A DNA stretch of 64,000 nucleotides from Malacoraja senta. Lineage: Eukaryota. Both the position numbers and the translations under genes were made by a program. Positions 25,101 through 36,159 of this stretch are shown here, one piece after another (position 1 is the first letter of the stretch; every line of letters begins with the position of its first letter). The notes below the pieces were generated by a model that did not search any database, was not told the DNA's origin, and saw only the letters and a program-made list of their open reading frames with translations. Location: the NCBI GenBank assembly GCA_038087875.1, contig CM075987.1, positions 18,538,001-18,602,000 of the forward strand, in the 5' to 3' direction.

Positions 25101-27687
25101 ATTGTATCTTATTTACAAGGCAGCAGTTGCACAACGCAGCACTTCCAAGTTCTGACAAAAACATAGTGCTGGAGGAATGCAACGTGTCAGGCAGTATCTG
25201 TGGAGGGAATGGACAGACAATGTTACGAGTTGGGAGCCTTCCTCAGACTCATCCTGACCCACTGAGTTCCCCCATCACTTCATTTTTTTGCTCAGGATTC
25301 CAGCATCTGCAGTCTCTTGTGTCTTCACTTCGAAGTTCTACACTGAACTGTAGTACAATGTACTACCGGACTGTGCCTGGACCCCTCCGTCAGTGGATCA
25401 CCAACTTCCTGACAGACAGGAAGCAGCATGTGAGGCTGAGAAAGAACATCTCGGACCTGCAGACCCTCAGCATAGGAGCACCGCAAGGCTGCGTACTCTC
25501 TCCTCTCCTTTACTCTCTCTACACCAATGACTTCCCTGTCAAGCTTCTCAAGTTTGCGGACGACACAACCCTGATTGGACAGATCCAGGATGGGGAGGAA
25601 TCTGCCTACAGACAGGAAGTGACACAGCTGGCGTCCTGGTGGCTTTGTAACAACCTGGAGCTCAATGCTCTTAAGACAGTGGAATTGATTGTAGACTTTA
25701 GGAGAACTCTCCCTCCCCTCCCCCCACTCACCATCAACAACACCACAGTCACATCTGTGGAGTCTTTTAAGTTTCTTGGAACCATCATTTCTTAGGACCT
25801 GTAATGGGGAGGGCCACCATCGACTCCACAGTCAAGAAGGCCCAACAGAGGATGTACTTCCTGCGGTAGCTGAGGAAACAATCTGTCACAGGCAATGATG
25901 GTCCAATTCTATACTGCCATCGTAGAGTCTGTCCTCACCTTCTCCATCATGGTCTGGTTTGGCTCAGCCACCAAGCACGACATCCAGAGGTTGCAGCGAA
26001 TCGTGCAATCAGCTGAGAAGGTTGTTGGCTGTGACCTTTCCCCCATTGACGAACTGTACACTGCAAGGGCCAGGAAGCGAGGGGGTAAGATCATCTCTGA
26101 CCCCCCTCACCTTGGCCAAACTCTTTGAAGCACTTCGCTCTAGAAGGCGACTCCGGACTGTCAAAGCCACCACAGCCAGATATAAAAACAGCTTTTTTCC
26201 ACGAGCAGTAGCTCTACTCAATAACCAAAAGTCTGTAGCCTCCTTTTGCACTGGTATTTTATTTCATCCACACGTTTAAACTATAATGCTTTATTATTGT
26301 TTGATGTTTTATGTGTCAATCTTAATTGTTACTGTATGTCGTGTTGTTACTTGCGAGCGGAGCACCAAGGCAAATTCCTTGTATGTGTACATACTTGGCC
26401 AATAAACTTATTCATTCATTCATCTGCAGTTTCTTGTGTCTTCACTTCAAAGCTCTAAACTGAACTGTAGTATTCACATTTCTGGAAAAGGATATGAACC
26501 CACCATCCTCTGAGTCAGAGACTAAACTTAGGCCAAAACTGACAATTAGATCCTTCATCAATCAAGGTAGGTCTTTTTATCATCAAAAAGCACACAAAAA
26601 AAACACAAATTAGCATTCAGCTCTGGACAGATAAATCATTGTGCACTCACAGCATCATTTTCTAAAAGTTCAAACGTACATCAAATCAAAAGGGGAGTAG
26701 GCTGAAAACGAATTTAGTGGCCTAGTGGCGAACAAGTACGTCACTATTAAAAAAGTGACGTACTTTAAAGGTTGCACCATGTTTGCAGTGTGGATGGAAT
26801 GAACACATCCAGTACATTTATTAATGGAATGCAGTCGTACTCAAAGGATAGTGGAAACAAGTAACCTAGCATTATTTCTTAAACATCAAAGATGCTAATG
26901 TACTAAATAAGAATTCATTGGAAACATCGGATACGTCTCAGCAAATTAATAAAAAAGTACTTTGGAAGGAGAGGAGGGGCAACACCAGGCCCCCAGCAAC
27001 AGGAAGCAAAGGCACATCCACAAAGATCACCAGTCCTTCCTTCTCCCACCTACATCAGGGCAGCTCACCCTCTCCCCACACTTGGTCAAACCAGAACCGT
27101 CAAGCCTGATGAAGCTCAGCGTAGCCAACATAAAGGCTCTGTGGAGCACCACTGCAGTCCTTCTGCTGCTGGACATTGAGGATGAGTCCGGTGGGGGCTC
27201 TCTCAAGGGAATGGACATCGCCCTGGGGGGGGGGGGGGCATAAGTGCCAATGCTCTTCCTACAAGTAAAAAGGGAGGTGCTAACACCATTGGGTATAACA
27301 CAAGCAAATGACTGATTGAAAGATACAGCATGGAAACAGGCCCTTTGGTCCACCGCGTTCATGCTGACTATCGATCACCTATTCACACTAGTTCTATGAT
27401 ATTCCATTTTCTCATCCACTCCAGACACACAGGTATTTTTTAGAGACCAATTAACCTACAAACAAACCTGCATGTCTTTGGGATGTGGGGGGGGGGGGAA
27501 CAGGGGCACCCTGAGAAAACCCACGTGGTGACGGAGAATGTTTAAAACTCCACACAGACACACCAAGATCAGGTTTGAATCCAGGTCTCTGGTGTTGAGG
27601 CTGCAGTTCCACCAGCTATCCCACTGTGTGTGCCACCTAATATTGATTCCTTGCAGTGCAGGAGGCTGAGGATTGATCTTAATAGGG

Positions 27688-27728
<41 letters not shown>

Positions 27729-28014
27729 CGCGAGAGCAACAAAGGGCGAATACGCCGAATCTTCCTCACAAAGTAGCGGAATTAGGAACCAAAGGTCCTA
27801 GGTTTAAGGCGAGATGGGGAAATATTTAGTGGGCATGTGAGGGGCAACTTTTGCTGATCTCCGCGGCCTGACCCACCTGCTTGAGGCAGCGCTCCTTGAG
27901 TTTCTCGACGCCCGTGTCCTCGGTCACCTCTTCCACCCACTCGGCTCCCTCCATGGTGCAGATGTGGAGCCGCAGCACCTTCCCCGCGAAGATCTTCTCC
28001 TCCTGCACGAACAT
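4058..28014 (-). CDS. UBAC1: UBAC1/KPC2 (ubiquitin-associated domain-containing protein 1), whole spliced CDS: 10 exons, 1200 nt, 399 aa (UBL, UBA1, UBA2, STI1-like C-terminus)
   Basis: Exon translations match vertebrate UBAC1 from [19 protein letters not shown] to [14 protein letters not shown]. Exon lengths 138+121+74+108+103+109+205+87+139+116 = 1200. All junctions are GT-AG and frame-compatible. Confidence 0.97.
6575..6713 (-). CDS. UBAC1: UBAC1 exon 9 ([46 protein letters not shown])
   Basis: Acceptor ATTCAG|TGT, donor TTG|GTAAGT; 139 nt. Confidence 0.96.
7213..7390 (+). mobile_element. Truncated MITE (left end GGGCCTGTCCCACTT) inserted in a CR1 LINE
   Basis: Same TIR as the 12555 and 18608 elements; CpG-rich. 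Confidence 0.6.
7686..7813 (+). mobile_element. Short PLE terminal-repeat copy beginning with an intact hammerhead core (7686-7713), nested in a CR1 LINE
   Basis: ctgaagaagggttctgacccgaaacgtc...cagcatctgcagttcc. Confidence 0.75.
10289..10375 (-). CDS. UBAC1: UBAC1 exon 8 ([29 protein letters not shown]; UBA2)
   Basis: Acceptor TGATAG|GCA, donor GCT|GTAAGT; 87 nt. Confidence 0.96.
11561..11765 (-). CDS. UBAC1: UBAC1 exon 7 ([17 protein letters not shown]...[21 protein letters not shown])
   Basis: Acceptor CTCCAG|T, donor AGA|GTGAGT; 205 nt. Confidence 0.96.
12555..13366. mobile_element. Non-autonomous DNA transposon (MITE, PIF/Harbinger-like), 812 bp
   Basis: 17-bp TIRs AGGG(T/C)CTGTCCCACTTG; TTA on both flanks (12552-12554, 13367-13369); CpG-rich ends and AT-rich core. 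Confidence 0.75.
13495..13603 (-). CDS. UBAC1: UBAC1 exon 6 ([37 protein letters not shown]; UBA1 with MGF loop)
   Basis: Acceptor ACGTAG|CC, donor TCA|GTGAGT; 109 nt. Confidence 0.96.
14825..14927 (-). CDS. UBAC1: UBAC1 exon 5 ([34 protein letters not shown])
   Basis: Acceptor TTCTAG|TTT, donor ATG|GTAAGA; 103 nt. Confidence 0.96.
16177..16284 (-). CDS. UBAC1: UBAC1 exon 4 ([36 protein letters not shown])
   Basis: Acceptor CATCAG|AAA, donor GAT|GTACGT; 108 nt. Confidence 0.94.
16682..16755 (-). CDS. UBAC1: UBAC1 exon 3 ([25 protein letters not shown])
   Basis: Acceptor TTCTAG|AT, donor AAG|GTAAAC; 74 nt. Confidence 0.95.
18313..18433 (-). CDS. UBAC1: UBAC1 exon 2 ([40 protein letters not shown])
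   Basis: Acceptor CTACAG|TGC, donor AAG|GTGAGT; 121 nt; translated by hand (absent from ORF track). Confidence 0.95.
18608..19050. mobile_element. CpG-rich MITE of the same TIR family with a duplicated right end
   Basis: Left 45 bp (AGGGCCTGTCCCACCAGCATGCGACTGCATGCGGCAAGCGCGACC) is the inverted repeat of 18927-18971; a second right end runs ~18981-19050. Confidence 0.8.
19616..19700 (+). mobile_element. hAT-like DNA transposon left end
   Basis: CAGGGGTGTCAAACT...GGCCC...ATCCGGCC, typical of hAT/Charlie MITE termini; no right end recognised. Confidence 0.45.
20930..22230 (+). mobile_element. Old LINE AP-endonuclease fragment split by the Penelope-like insertion
   Basis: [15 protein letters not shown] then (after the insertion) [28 protein letters not shown]; the frame rejoins across the AAGTCACT TSD. 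Confidence 0.7.
21164..22061 (-). mobile_element. 5'-truncated Penelope-like retroelement: decayed GIY-YIG endonuclease C-terminus plus 3' terminal repeat with a damaged hammerhead motif
   Basis: Minus-strand translation [42 protein letters not shown] (~21630-21755) followed by [17 protein letters not shown]; flanked by AAGTCACT TSD (21156-21163 / 22062-22069). Confidence 0.88.
24165..24300 (+). mobile_element. Short PLE terminal-repeat copy with decayed hammerhead motif
   Basis: gtctgaagaagagtctcgacctgaaacatc...gcatctgcagttctttcctaca; TACAATTAT occurs on both flanks. Confidence 0.75.
25368..26420 (+). mobile_element. 5'-truncated Rex1/L2-group LINE, decayed reverse transcriptase, (ATTC)n tail
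   Basis: [37 protein letters not shown]; stops and frameshifts downstream; AATAAA then ttcattcattca. Confidence 0.9.
27325..27636 (-). mobile_element. HE1/V-SINE-like SINE
   Basis: Reverse complement of the same head/core/tail. Confidence 0.7.
27691..27726. repeat. (TA)18 microsatellite in UBAC1 intron 1
   Basis: Directly visible. Confidence 0.95.
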
Positions 28015-28200
28015 GGCCCCGAGCGAGGGCCCGGCCCGGCCAGCCGCCCCGGACTGTATTTAAGCGGCTGCCCCGGCGCCAGCAGGCAGCGCCCGACCTC
28101 CTCACCGTCCCTCCACTCGGAGACCAGTGCGACCTTTCACCTTTCACCCACTGCGCCTGCGCGTAGAGAGCAACATGCATTCTGGTCCTTGTAGTTCCCA
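27720..28200 (-). promoter_or_regulatory. GC/CpG-rich UBAC1 promoter and first-exon region with NRF1-like (TGCGCCTGCGCG, ~28152-28163), ZNF143/SBS-like (GAACTACAAGGACCAGAATGC, 28177-28197 minus) and CGCG-element-like (TCTCGCGATT, 27726-27735 minus) motifs
   Basis: Local CpG enrichment around the start codon; motifs resemble known housekeeping-promoter consensus sequences. Confidence 0.65.
27877..28014 (-). CDS. UBAC1: UBAC1 exon 1 ([46 protein letters not shown])
   Basis: ATG at 28014; donor CAG|GTGGGT. Confidence 0.96.
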
Positions 28201-28377
28201 TCAGTTGCTGATGGAATTGCAAGCAAGCATTTACTGGTACAGCAGAGAGGAAGATTTATTAGATTTCCCATTCCAGTGCTGGCTTTCGGTTCAATTGGCT
28301 CCACTCCCCTGTAATCTTGAACATTTTCTCCCCTAATTTTGTTCAAAATCCGTCCTACACCCTTTCAGCCAAAATAA

Positions 28378-28690
28378 GGGCAGCACAATGACGCAGCTGG
28401 TAGAGCTCAGAGCTGCAGCCTCAGAGACCAGGATTTGATCCTGACCTCGGATGCTGTCTATGTGGAGTTGACACATTCTCCCTATGACTGCATAGGTTCC
28501 CTCTCGTTGCTCCGGTTTCCTCCCACATCCTAAATTTCTGCGGGTTTGCAGGTTAATTGGCCTCTGTAAATTGCCCTTAGTGTGTAGGGACTGGGTGAGA
28601 AAGTGGGATAACAGAGCTAGTGTGAACGGGCAATCAATGGCATGGACTCGATGGGTCAAGGGGCCGATTTCTGTGCTGTATCTTTCAATC
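28378..28690 (+). mobile_element. tRNA-derived HE1/V-SINE-like SINE with CR1-type tail
   Basis: tRNA-like head (gcagctggtagagct...tttgatcc), core gctccggtttcctcccacatcc, tail gggccgatttctgtgctgtatctttcaatcaa. Confidence 0.8.
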
Positions 28691-29559
28691 AATTTGCTTC
28701 TCATAATTTACCCCTGGGTTTTTTGAAAATCACCTGAAATCTGTCTCCTCTGGATGTGGATGTCACAGGAAACAACAACTGAGTTCACTGTGCTGCAAAA
28801 AAACAAACTATGATTTATGAATATAATTTACAGCACAGAAACAGATTGAGTTAGGGGAGATGAAGTGGAGTGGCAGAGTACTGTGGGTAGCGCATCCAGG
28901 TACACAAACATATCTCTCATCATCTCCCACCCAACCCCCCCCCCCCCCCAAGCCTCCCTTCTCCTTCCCCCCTCCTTATCATACTCATCTTCCCATCATC
29001 GGGTCCTCCATTTCCCTTTTATCCCCCTCTTCTCCCCACTCCCCACCACCCATCCATCCATATCCCTCTCCGACTTTACATTTCACTCATCTTTTATCCT
29101 TATCAGACACCCTTTTAATCTCCTTTTCACTTCCAGCCTTTGTCATTTACTTCACACATCAAACCCTACTACAATCAGTCTGAAGAAGGGCTCGACGCAA
29201 AATTGTGTCTGTCCATCCCCTCCACAGTTGCTGCCTGACCCACTGAATTACTTCAACACTATTTTGGGTATGGTGGGTGGTCATTTGGGAGATGATCCTT
29301 TTTACATTAAACACCACTATTTACATTAAACCATGTTCTCATTGCCATCTAGAATGCCCCATTTTGAGTAGTCATAGACCAAGGACTTCCACAGGTCAGT
29401 ACAAATGCCATGGTTTGCAAGTCATTACATACACATTCTGTAAATCCCTGCCCTTCAGTACATATCTGAGACATGTAATAAATGCAACAAGGTGTTCAGA
29501 GTGATGAATGTCAGATCATCAAAGGTCCTCTTGCATTCTGCCACTGCTCCATAACACTG

Positions 29560-29735
29560 CTCCCCATTCCTATATCAATAATGGTTCAGGACAAGATCCT
29601 GGAAAACACAGGCCTTTCCCCATACCTCAGGAACCACATCTCTGGTAAAGCAGATCTCAATGATGACATTTACCATCATCTTCAGTGCACTAGCACAGCC
29701 TTTGTCAGTTTGAGGAAATGAGAATTCGAAGATCA
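29560..29735 (+). mobile_element. RTE-type LINE fragment; related piece at ~31520-31760 (LLYAAETWT)
   Basis: LENTGLSPYLRNHISGKADLNDDIYHHLQCTSTAFVSLRK resembles the RTE post-RT region. Confidence 0.55.
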
Positions 29736-32382
29736 CGTTTTATATTCATATATAAACTTTATTCATAAAAGGATACGCAAGAAATACAGAAGCAGTGCAC
29801 GGTTTTCTTTACATTTATAATATCGTACAGACAAACTATTCATAGTGTTATTGGACCTATACATTTGTAGTGTTAACATGTTCAATGTACAAAGCACCAT
29901 TGTCACTATGGATAATACATATTTCATGTGTTTGAGAGATTTTTACTCAGGGCTTAACCCCTTAATGTCAAGTGGTGGTTGGATCTTAGAATGCAGTCCT
30001 TCCCCACAAAGCATTGGCCGCATGAAACGTCAGTGCGGCCCTCAACACTTACACCAGTAGCCTGGAATGTGTCAGGTCATGGAGATAGTGTGGAAACAGG
30101 TCCTTCAGCACAACTTGCCCATGCAGACGCGTTTGGCCCATGTCCCTCTAAACCTATCCTATCCTTGTACCTGTCCAAATGTTTTTCGAATGTTGTGATA
30201 GTAATGTGTTGTCAGCATTTCCTTATGGATATCCCTTTGTACTGGAAGACCAATGTTTCAGACAGATCAAACTACATCTTTTACCAAATTCCAGCAGCAT
30301 TTAAAGGTAGGATAACATAATAATAATAATAATAAATTTTATTTGTGGGCGCCTATACCAAAGTCTCAAGGACACCTTACAGAGTTAACAAAGAAACAAA
30401 TAATCGGGATAAAATAAGTTATAAAGACATCACAATTACACAAATGAAAGACAGAATTCAATGCAAAGACACAAAAAAAGAAAATCAGAAACACAATGTG
30501 AGGAGAGAGCAGCGGCAACTAAACCGCGCCAGCATCCACTCTCCCCACCGACCGCCATCTTGGACACAGACTAACATAGACACAACATACAAAAAAATCA
30601 TCCCCCCACAATGGTTTCCACAGTGGGGGAAGGCACAATGTCCAGTCCCCAACCCCAGTTCACCCAAAGTCAGGCCTATTGAGGCCTCCGCTATTGCCTC
30701 TACGGAGGCCCGATGTTCCTGGCCGTTCTCACCGGGTGATGTTGCCCCGGTGTCGGGAGAGTCCTCTAGCGGCTGGGCCACCTGGAACTAGTGTGATCAG
30801 TGGCCGATGTGGACTTGGGGAAAAGGAATAATTTCCATGCTGTATCTCTAAACAAACAAATCTAATTTAGTTTCTATCATATGAATCCCTGACAATGAGT
30901 CATAGATCAGAATCCTCTGTTACACAACTGTCCACAATTAACCTAGACAAGGACCCATTCATTCTTTTCCAGAACTTCTTCGCAAATACACAATCCACAA
31001 ATATCACCCTATCCCCATTGCAGCCCTCTTGGATGGAGCGTGTGTTCTGGGTAAAATGTAAATTGCCCATGAAGGATGCTGATGAGACGCGCCCCCCCCC
31101 TCCCCCCCTCCACCCCTTCACCCCTCATTGCCAGCCAAGTGAAGTCCAGATTCAAGATTCAAGTGAGTTTATTGTCATGTGTCCCTGATAGGACAATGAA
31201 ATTCTTGCTTTGCTTCAGCACAACAGAACATAGGAGGCATGACTACAGAACAGATCAGTGTGGCTCTTCCTGACGTCAGTCTCACCGGTCGTGCCTCGAA
31301 ATCGATTGTACGAGTTTGACTTGATTGTTTTTACGTATAGTATTATCTGTTTCTTTTCAACCAGCATGCAAAAGAAAGTATTTCAGTACATGTGACAGTA
31401 ATAAATCTAAACTGTTTGGTGCCTGCGTGCCTTGGTTCCATGCACAGGTTGATGCAGCCACACACAAAGGTAGCCATGATGTAGACTTCAGAGCAGACAG
31501 AAAGTTCATTTTTCTGAACAATAGCCGCTAGCTACTGTACGCTGCTGAAACGTGGACTACCCTCAGTGGCACCTCAACGTCCTGGTGTGGTGGTACCAGT
31601 CCTGTGTCCACAATGTCCGCACAATCAACAGGTAGGATAAGAAAATTAATGTCAGCATCCTCTCCCTGACCAGCATCCCTAGCATTGAGGCTATAACTGC
31701 ACTCATTTGGTTCCAAAGGGCAGGGCATATCATTCACATTTCTAATACTAAACCGCCCCAATAGTCTTGAGACACAAGGGGCAAGAGATGCTGGAATCCT
31801 GAGCAAAAAAACAAACATGCTGAAGTACCTCAGTGGGTCAGGCAGCATCTGTGGAGGGAAACGAACAGACGACATTTCCGATTGGGACCCAGCGTCACCA
31901 CGAGGATAACAGATCTTTAAAGCCAAGTTAAGACACTACATTGTTCAGAACTTTGAACTTGAAGGAAATAAGATGGCATTGGAAACGTGGTGTCTTTTGT
32001 GTACTGCCTCGGTGTAATCTATTGTTCATACATTCTTCCACTTGGGTATGATTTTGCTTATATATAATAAGATTTTACTGAATTGCGTGCAAATAAATCT
32101 CACAGTGCATGTGACAAAGTACCATTAAGCCATTCAGAAAATTAAAATCTTCAGAGTTCATGAAAGGAAAATGTGTATGTTTCTCGTCTGTTGTTTGTTT
32201 TTAAGAATAAATGAGAAAGCCATTATATAACTCCAGAGTTTTCAGCCATTGGAAGCTGGTTTCAAGATCTCATCTGATGCAGGTGCCTTCCAGACCAGCA
32301 GGGGGCAGTCTTTGCTCAGCCTATTCACACTAGTATCTTTGATTCACACCAACACAAAAAATAAGTTCTGTTTTGTTTCACA

Positions 32383-32578
32383 AAAAGCTGGAGTAACTCA
32401 GCAGGACAGGCTGCATCTCTGGAGAGAAGGAAAGGGTGGCATTTAGGTCGAGACCCTTCTTTGACCCGAAACGTCACCCATTCCTTCTCTCCAGAGATGC
32501 TGCCTGTCCTGCTGAGTTACTCCAGCTTATTGTGTCTATCTTAGGTTTAAACCAGCATCTGCAGTTCCTTCCTCCACA
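32383..32578. mobile_element. Fold-back (palindromic) PLE-derived element with 15-bp TSD
   Basis: CTGTTTTGTTTCACA at 32368-32382 and 32579-32593; inverted arms gctggagtaactcagcagga... / ...tcctgctgagttactccagc. Confidence 0.85.
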
Positions 32579-32711
32579 CTGTTTTGTTTCACATTGCACG
32601 TGATTTGCACAAGGAACCACAATCGCATCCGAGACAAAAATATTAGCTGAAGTAGATGCTGAGCAAGAAGTGGAATCACTGAATGTTAAAGGATGTTAAA
32701 TGTAAAACCCC

Positions 32712-33082
32712 AGTGCCTCAGCTGGTAGAGCTGCTGCCTAACAGTGCCAGAGCCCCAGGTTCAATCCTGGCATTGGGTGGTGTCTGTGTTCAGTTTGCAC
32801 GTTCTCCGTGCGTGACCATATCAGTTTCCTCTAGATGCTCCAGTTTACACCCACATCCCAAAGACTTGCAGGTCAGTAGGTTACTTGACCTCTGTAAATT
32901 GTCCCGAGTTTGTGGGGAATGGGATAACATAGAACTAGTGTGAATGCTCTATGGTCAGGGCCTGTTTCCATGCTGCATCTTTAAACTTTCTAAACTAAAC
33001 TAGTGTGAACAGGCGATCGATGGTCAGCCTGGACTTCAGTGGGCCGATGCGCCTGTTTCCATGCCCTGGATCTAAACTAAAG
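32712..33082 (+). mobile_element. HE1/V-SINE-like SINE with a duplicated tail
   Basis: cagctggtagagctgctgcctaacagtgccagagccccaggttcaatcc; two cctgtttccatg...taaactaaa tails. Confidence 0.75.
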
Positions 33083-34296
33083 TATTCCATAAGTTCAATA
33101 GTTGGCATAGCTGAGTTGTCTACTAAAATGTACTACAGCTTCTCCCCAATCCTTCAGCATCCTTCACCAGCAGTGAAAAAGATAGCAGCTAACTTATCCC
33201 ATCCAATTTACACATCATCTGAACAATGAAGACATTTCCTCATTCCTCCATTGTTACTTGGTCAACGTGCTGGAATTCCCAGCAACAGCAGTGTGGGAGT
33301 CACGTTCACCACATGAACTCTAACAGTTCAAAAGATGGTCCACTTCCACCTTCCCAAGGGAAATAAATGCACGGATTGTCAGTGCAGTTTGCCTGCTGAG
33401 AATGGAATAAGCAAACTTAGGTGATATGTGACATGGTTTCATCAAAATTCTCCTAGCAGGAAATTAAATTAAAAGGTGTTTATCCCCTTCACTCCATAAA
33501 GCGGAGTTTGGTTTCTCTTTTAAGAGCTGCCGGGGCGGTGGTAGAGGCAGATACGATAGTGGCATTTAAGAGACCTTTGGAGAGGCTAATGAAACTGCAG
33601 GGAATGGAGGGATATGCATCATTGTAGAGGCATGTAACAATTGGACTTGGCAGCATGCTCAGCACGGACATTATGGGACCACGACCTGTACCCGTGCTGT
33701 TCTATGTTAAGCGCTGGCAGTGTTGGTAATTCCATGTGCAGAAGGAAGATTAGGCCCAGATAGAGCCACATGAGCAAGGCGTTTTGTGTGATCCAGTTAC
33801 AGTCATCTGATTACTGCATCGTGAATTCAAATCTGATTGTGGTAAGTTGCAATATGTCAGTTGTTGCTCAAAGGTGAAAACTGTCTCTCTGGAATCTGGC
33901 GTTCAATCAAGGGGCGAGCTTGCAGTTCTATGCAAATACTGCTGCACAGTTGCATTTTAAAGGTGCTGTCATTTGATTACGACGATATTCAAAGACTCAA
34001 GTTTGACCTGATTATAATTATATATCGTATTATCTGACCTGATTGGATACCATGCAAAACAAAGCTTTTCACCATACCTCAGTACACTTAACATTAATAA
34101 ACCTAAACCTACAATTGTAACCACATGAAAAACAGGCTTAATGTGTTGTTTGAGACCCCCAGCTCTTAAATTGTGCGTAGGATACAATTCTTATATATTA
34201 TTTTATTTTCTTAATCATGTATGAGAAGAAATCACAAAAATGAATATATAATGAATTATATTTCATGCTATAGATTCAAGATTCCAGCAACTGCAG

Positions 34297-34500
34297 GAAT
34301 GCTGGAGTAACTCAGCAGGACAGGCAGCATCTCTGGAGAGAAGGAATGGGTGACGTTTCGGGTCGAGACCCTTCTTCAGACTCTCGACCCGAAAAGTCAC
34401 CCATTCCTTCTCTCCAGAGAAGCTGCCTGTCCTGCTGAGTTACTCCAGCATTTTGTGCCTACCTTCGATTTAAACCAGCATCTGCAGTTCTTCCCTACAC
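34297..34500. mobile_element. Fold-back PLE-derived element with 16-bp TSD (1 mismatch)
   Basis: ATTCCAGCAACTGCAG 34281-34296 / ATTCTAGCAACTGCAG 34501-34516; ~70-bp inverted arms 34298-34368 and 34382-34452. Confidence 0.85.
34352..34379 (-). ncRNA. Minimal type I hammerhead ribozyme motif (PLE-associated), best-preserved copy: CUGAAGA-A-GGGUC-UC-GACCC-GAAA-CGUC
   Basis: Conserved core CUGANGA, helix II, GAAA, palindromic ACGU in place of helix III, GUC cleavage triplet. Confidence 0.65.
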
Positions 34501-35424
34501 ATTCTAGCAACTGCAGTTCCTTGTTATGAAATATCATTATAGCTAATGGACTTGTAAGCTTCAACTGTTCCTCAATGTGATTTAAAGAATGGACTTGTAA
34601 ACTCTCCTGGGTCTAGGCTGCAGATTACTCAAGTCCCACAAGATGTTGGTTGTCTTTTGCAGGTAAGAACTACATGGAAAACGTATTGGGGCTACTCATG
34701 CACATTAGTGTTGTAGTGATCTTCCAGGTCACTTTATCATCGTGGGGTTTGAAGAAGGGTCCTAACCTGAAACACCATTTGTCCATTTCCCTCCACAGAT
34801 ACTGCCTGACCCCCTGAGTTCCTCCAGCACTTTGTGTTTTGCTCAAGATTCCAACATCTGCAGTTCCTTGTGCCTGCCAAGTCATTTAGTTATGCAAACA
34901 ATTGCTCAAGGAAAACCTTAGTGAGGAAAGAGAGATGAAGATGGAAAAGATAGGCTGATGTAAAAGACTGAGAAAGGGTTGAAGATGAGGTCATAAACAG
35001 CAATGTGTGAGAAAATAGTGGATCTACTGATAATTTAACCATCCTGGCACCAACTCACTAAAGAAGACTGAAGCTCTCCATATTACAGAAATGTTTCAAA
35101 TAAATCTCGATACTTAGACAAGTGGCCCAGTAGCTGAAACCCTCAAAAGCAAGGGCACAGTCTTTTCATCTTACTGAATGAGGTGCAAGAATTGGCCTCA
35201 GCTTCTTTTAAAATTCACCTGTTGCTACCCAGGTCTTCCCACCAACCCCAGTATCTCTGCTGTAAAAGGAAGGAAAGGGAAAAAAAAATCTGTCACAGTT
35301 CTTTCTTTGGTCCCGAACAGCATTTTCTTTTGAGCTTATTGGAGCTGCAGTTATTCCAGAAAAATTGAGATTATTCAAACACATCCCTTGACTGTGGTGA
35401 GATGTTAGTTTAGTTTAGAAATAC

Positions 35425-35670
35425 AGTGCCTACACACACTAGGGACATTTTACACATACACAAAGTATACAAACCCAAGACAATTAACCTAGAAGCCTGC
35501 ACGTCTTTGCAGTGTGGAAGGAAACCAAAGATCTCGGAGAAAACCGACAAGGTCACGGGGAGAACGTACAAACCCCGTACAGACAGTACCCGTAGTCGGG
35601 ATCGAACCCGGGTGTCCGGCACTGCAAGCGCTGTAAGGTAGCTACTCTACCGCTGCGCCACCGTGTCGCC
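35425..35670 (-). mobile_element. Young HE1/V-SINE-like SINE (also at +10053)
   Basis: Intact A/B boxes on minus strand (GGTGGCGCAGCGGTAGAG...GGGTTCGATCCC); CpG-rich. Confidence 0.85.
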
Positions 35671-35771
35671 CTCAGATGGTTTGGGAGAATCAAATAATGA
35701 GTCACTTGCCGCAAGACACGTAGCCTCTTACTGGCTGCTGTAGCCCCAGTATTTATGAGTCCCACAGAACA

Positions 35772-36065
35772 GTAGCGCAGTGGTAGAACTGCTGCCTCAC
35801 AGCGCCAGAGACCCCGGATGGATCCTGACCTTGGCTGCTGTCTGAGTGGAGATTGCACACTCTCCCTGTGACCATATGGGTTTCCTCCGGATGCTCCGGT
35901 TTTCTCCCACATCCCAAAGATATGTAGGTTAATTGGCCTCTGTAAATTGCCTTTAGCATGTCGTGGCACAACTAGTGTGACCATGTGATCGACGGTCGGG
36001 TTGGTGAGATAAAGGGCCTGTTTCCATGCTGTATCTAAAATAAACTGGACAAAACCAAATCAAAC
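35772..36065 (+). mobile_element. HE1/V-SINE-like SINE, diverging from the previous copy (also at +10053)
   Basis: gtagcgcagtggtagaactgctgcctcacagcgccagagacccc. Confidence 0.8.
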
Positions 36066-36159
36066 TGTATCAAAGAGCGAAAGATTCATATTGCACTGGA
36101 AGCCATTTGGCCTGTTGTTATTCATAGCTCTCTGAATGAACTTTCCAATTGGTCCCTTA

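Noticed and set aside
25046-25795. 249-aa ORF as a host gene
   Set aside because: It is a chance fusion of unique and PLE sequence with a decayed LINE RT; stops and frameshifts follow.
35590-35670. tRNA gene-like sequence with A and B boxes
   Set aside because: It continues directly into the SINE core, so it is a SINE head rather than a tRNA gene.
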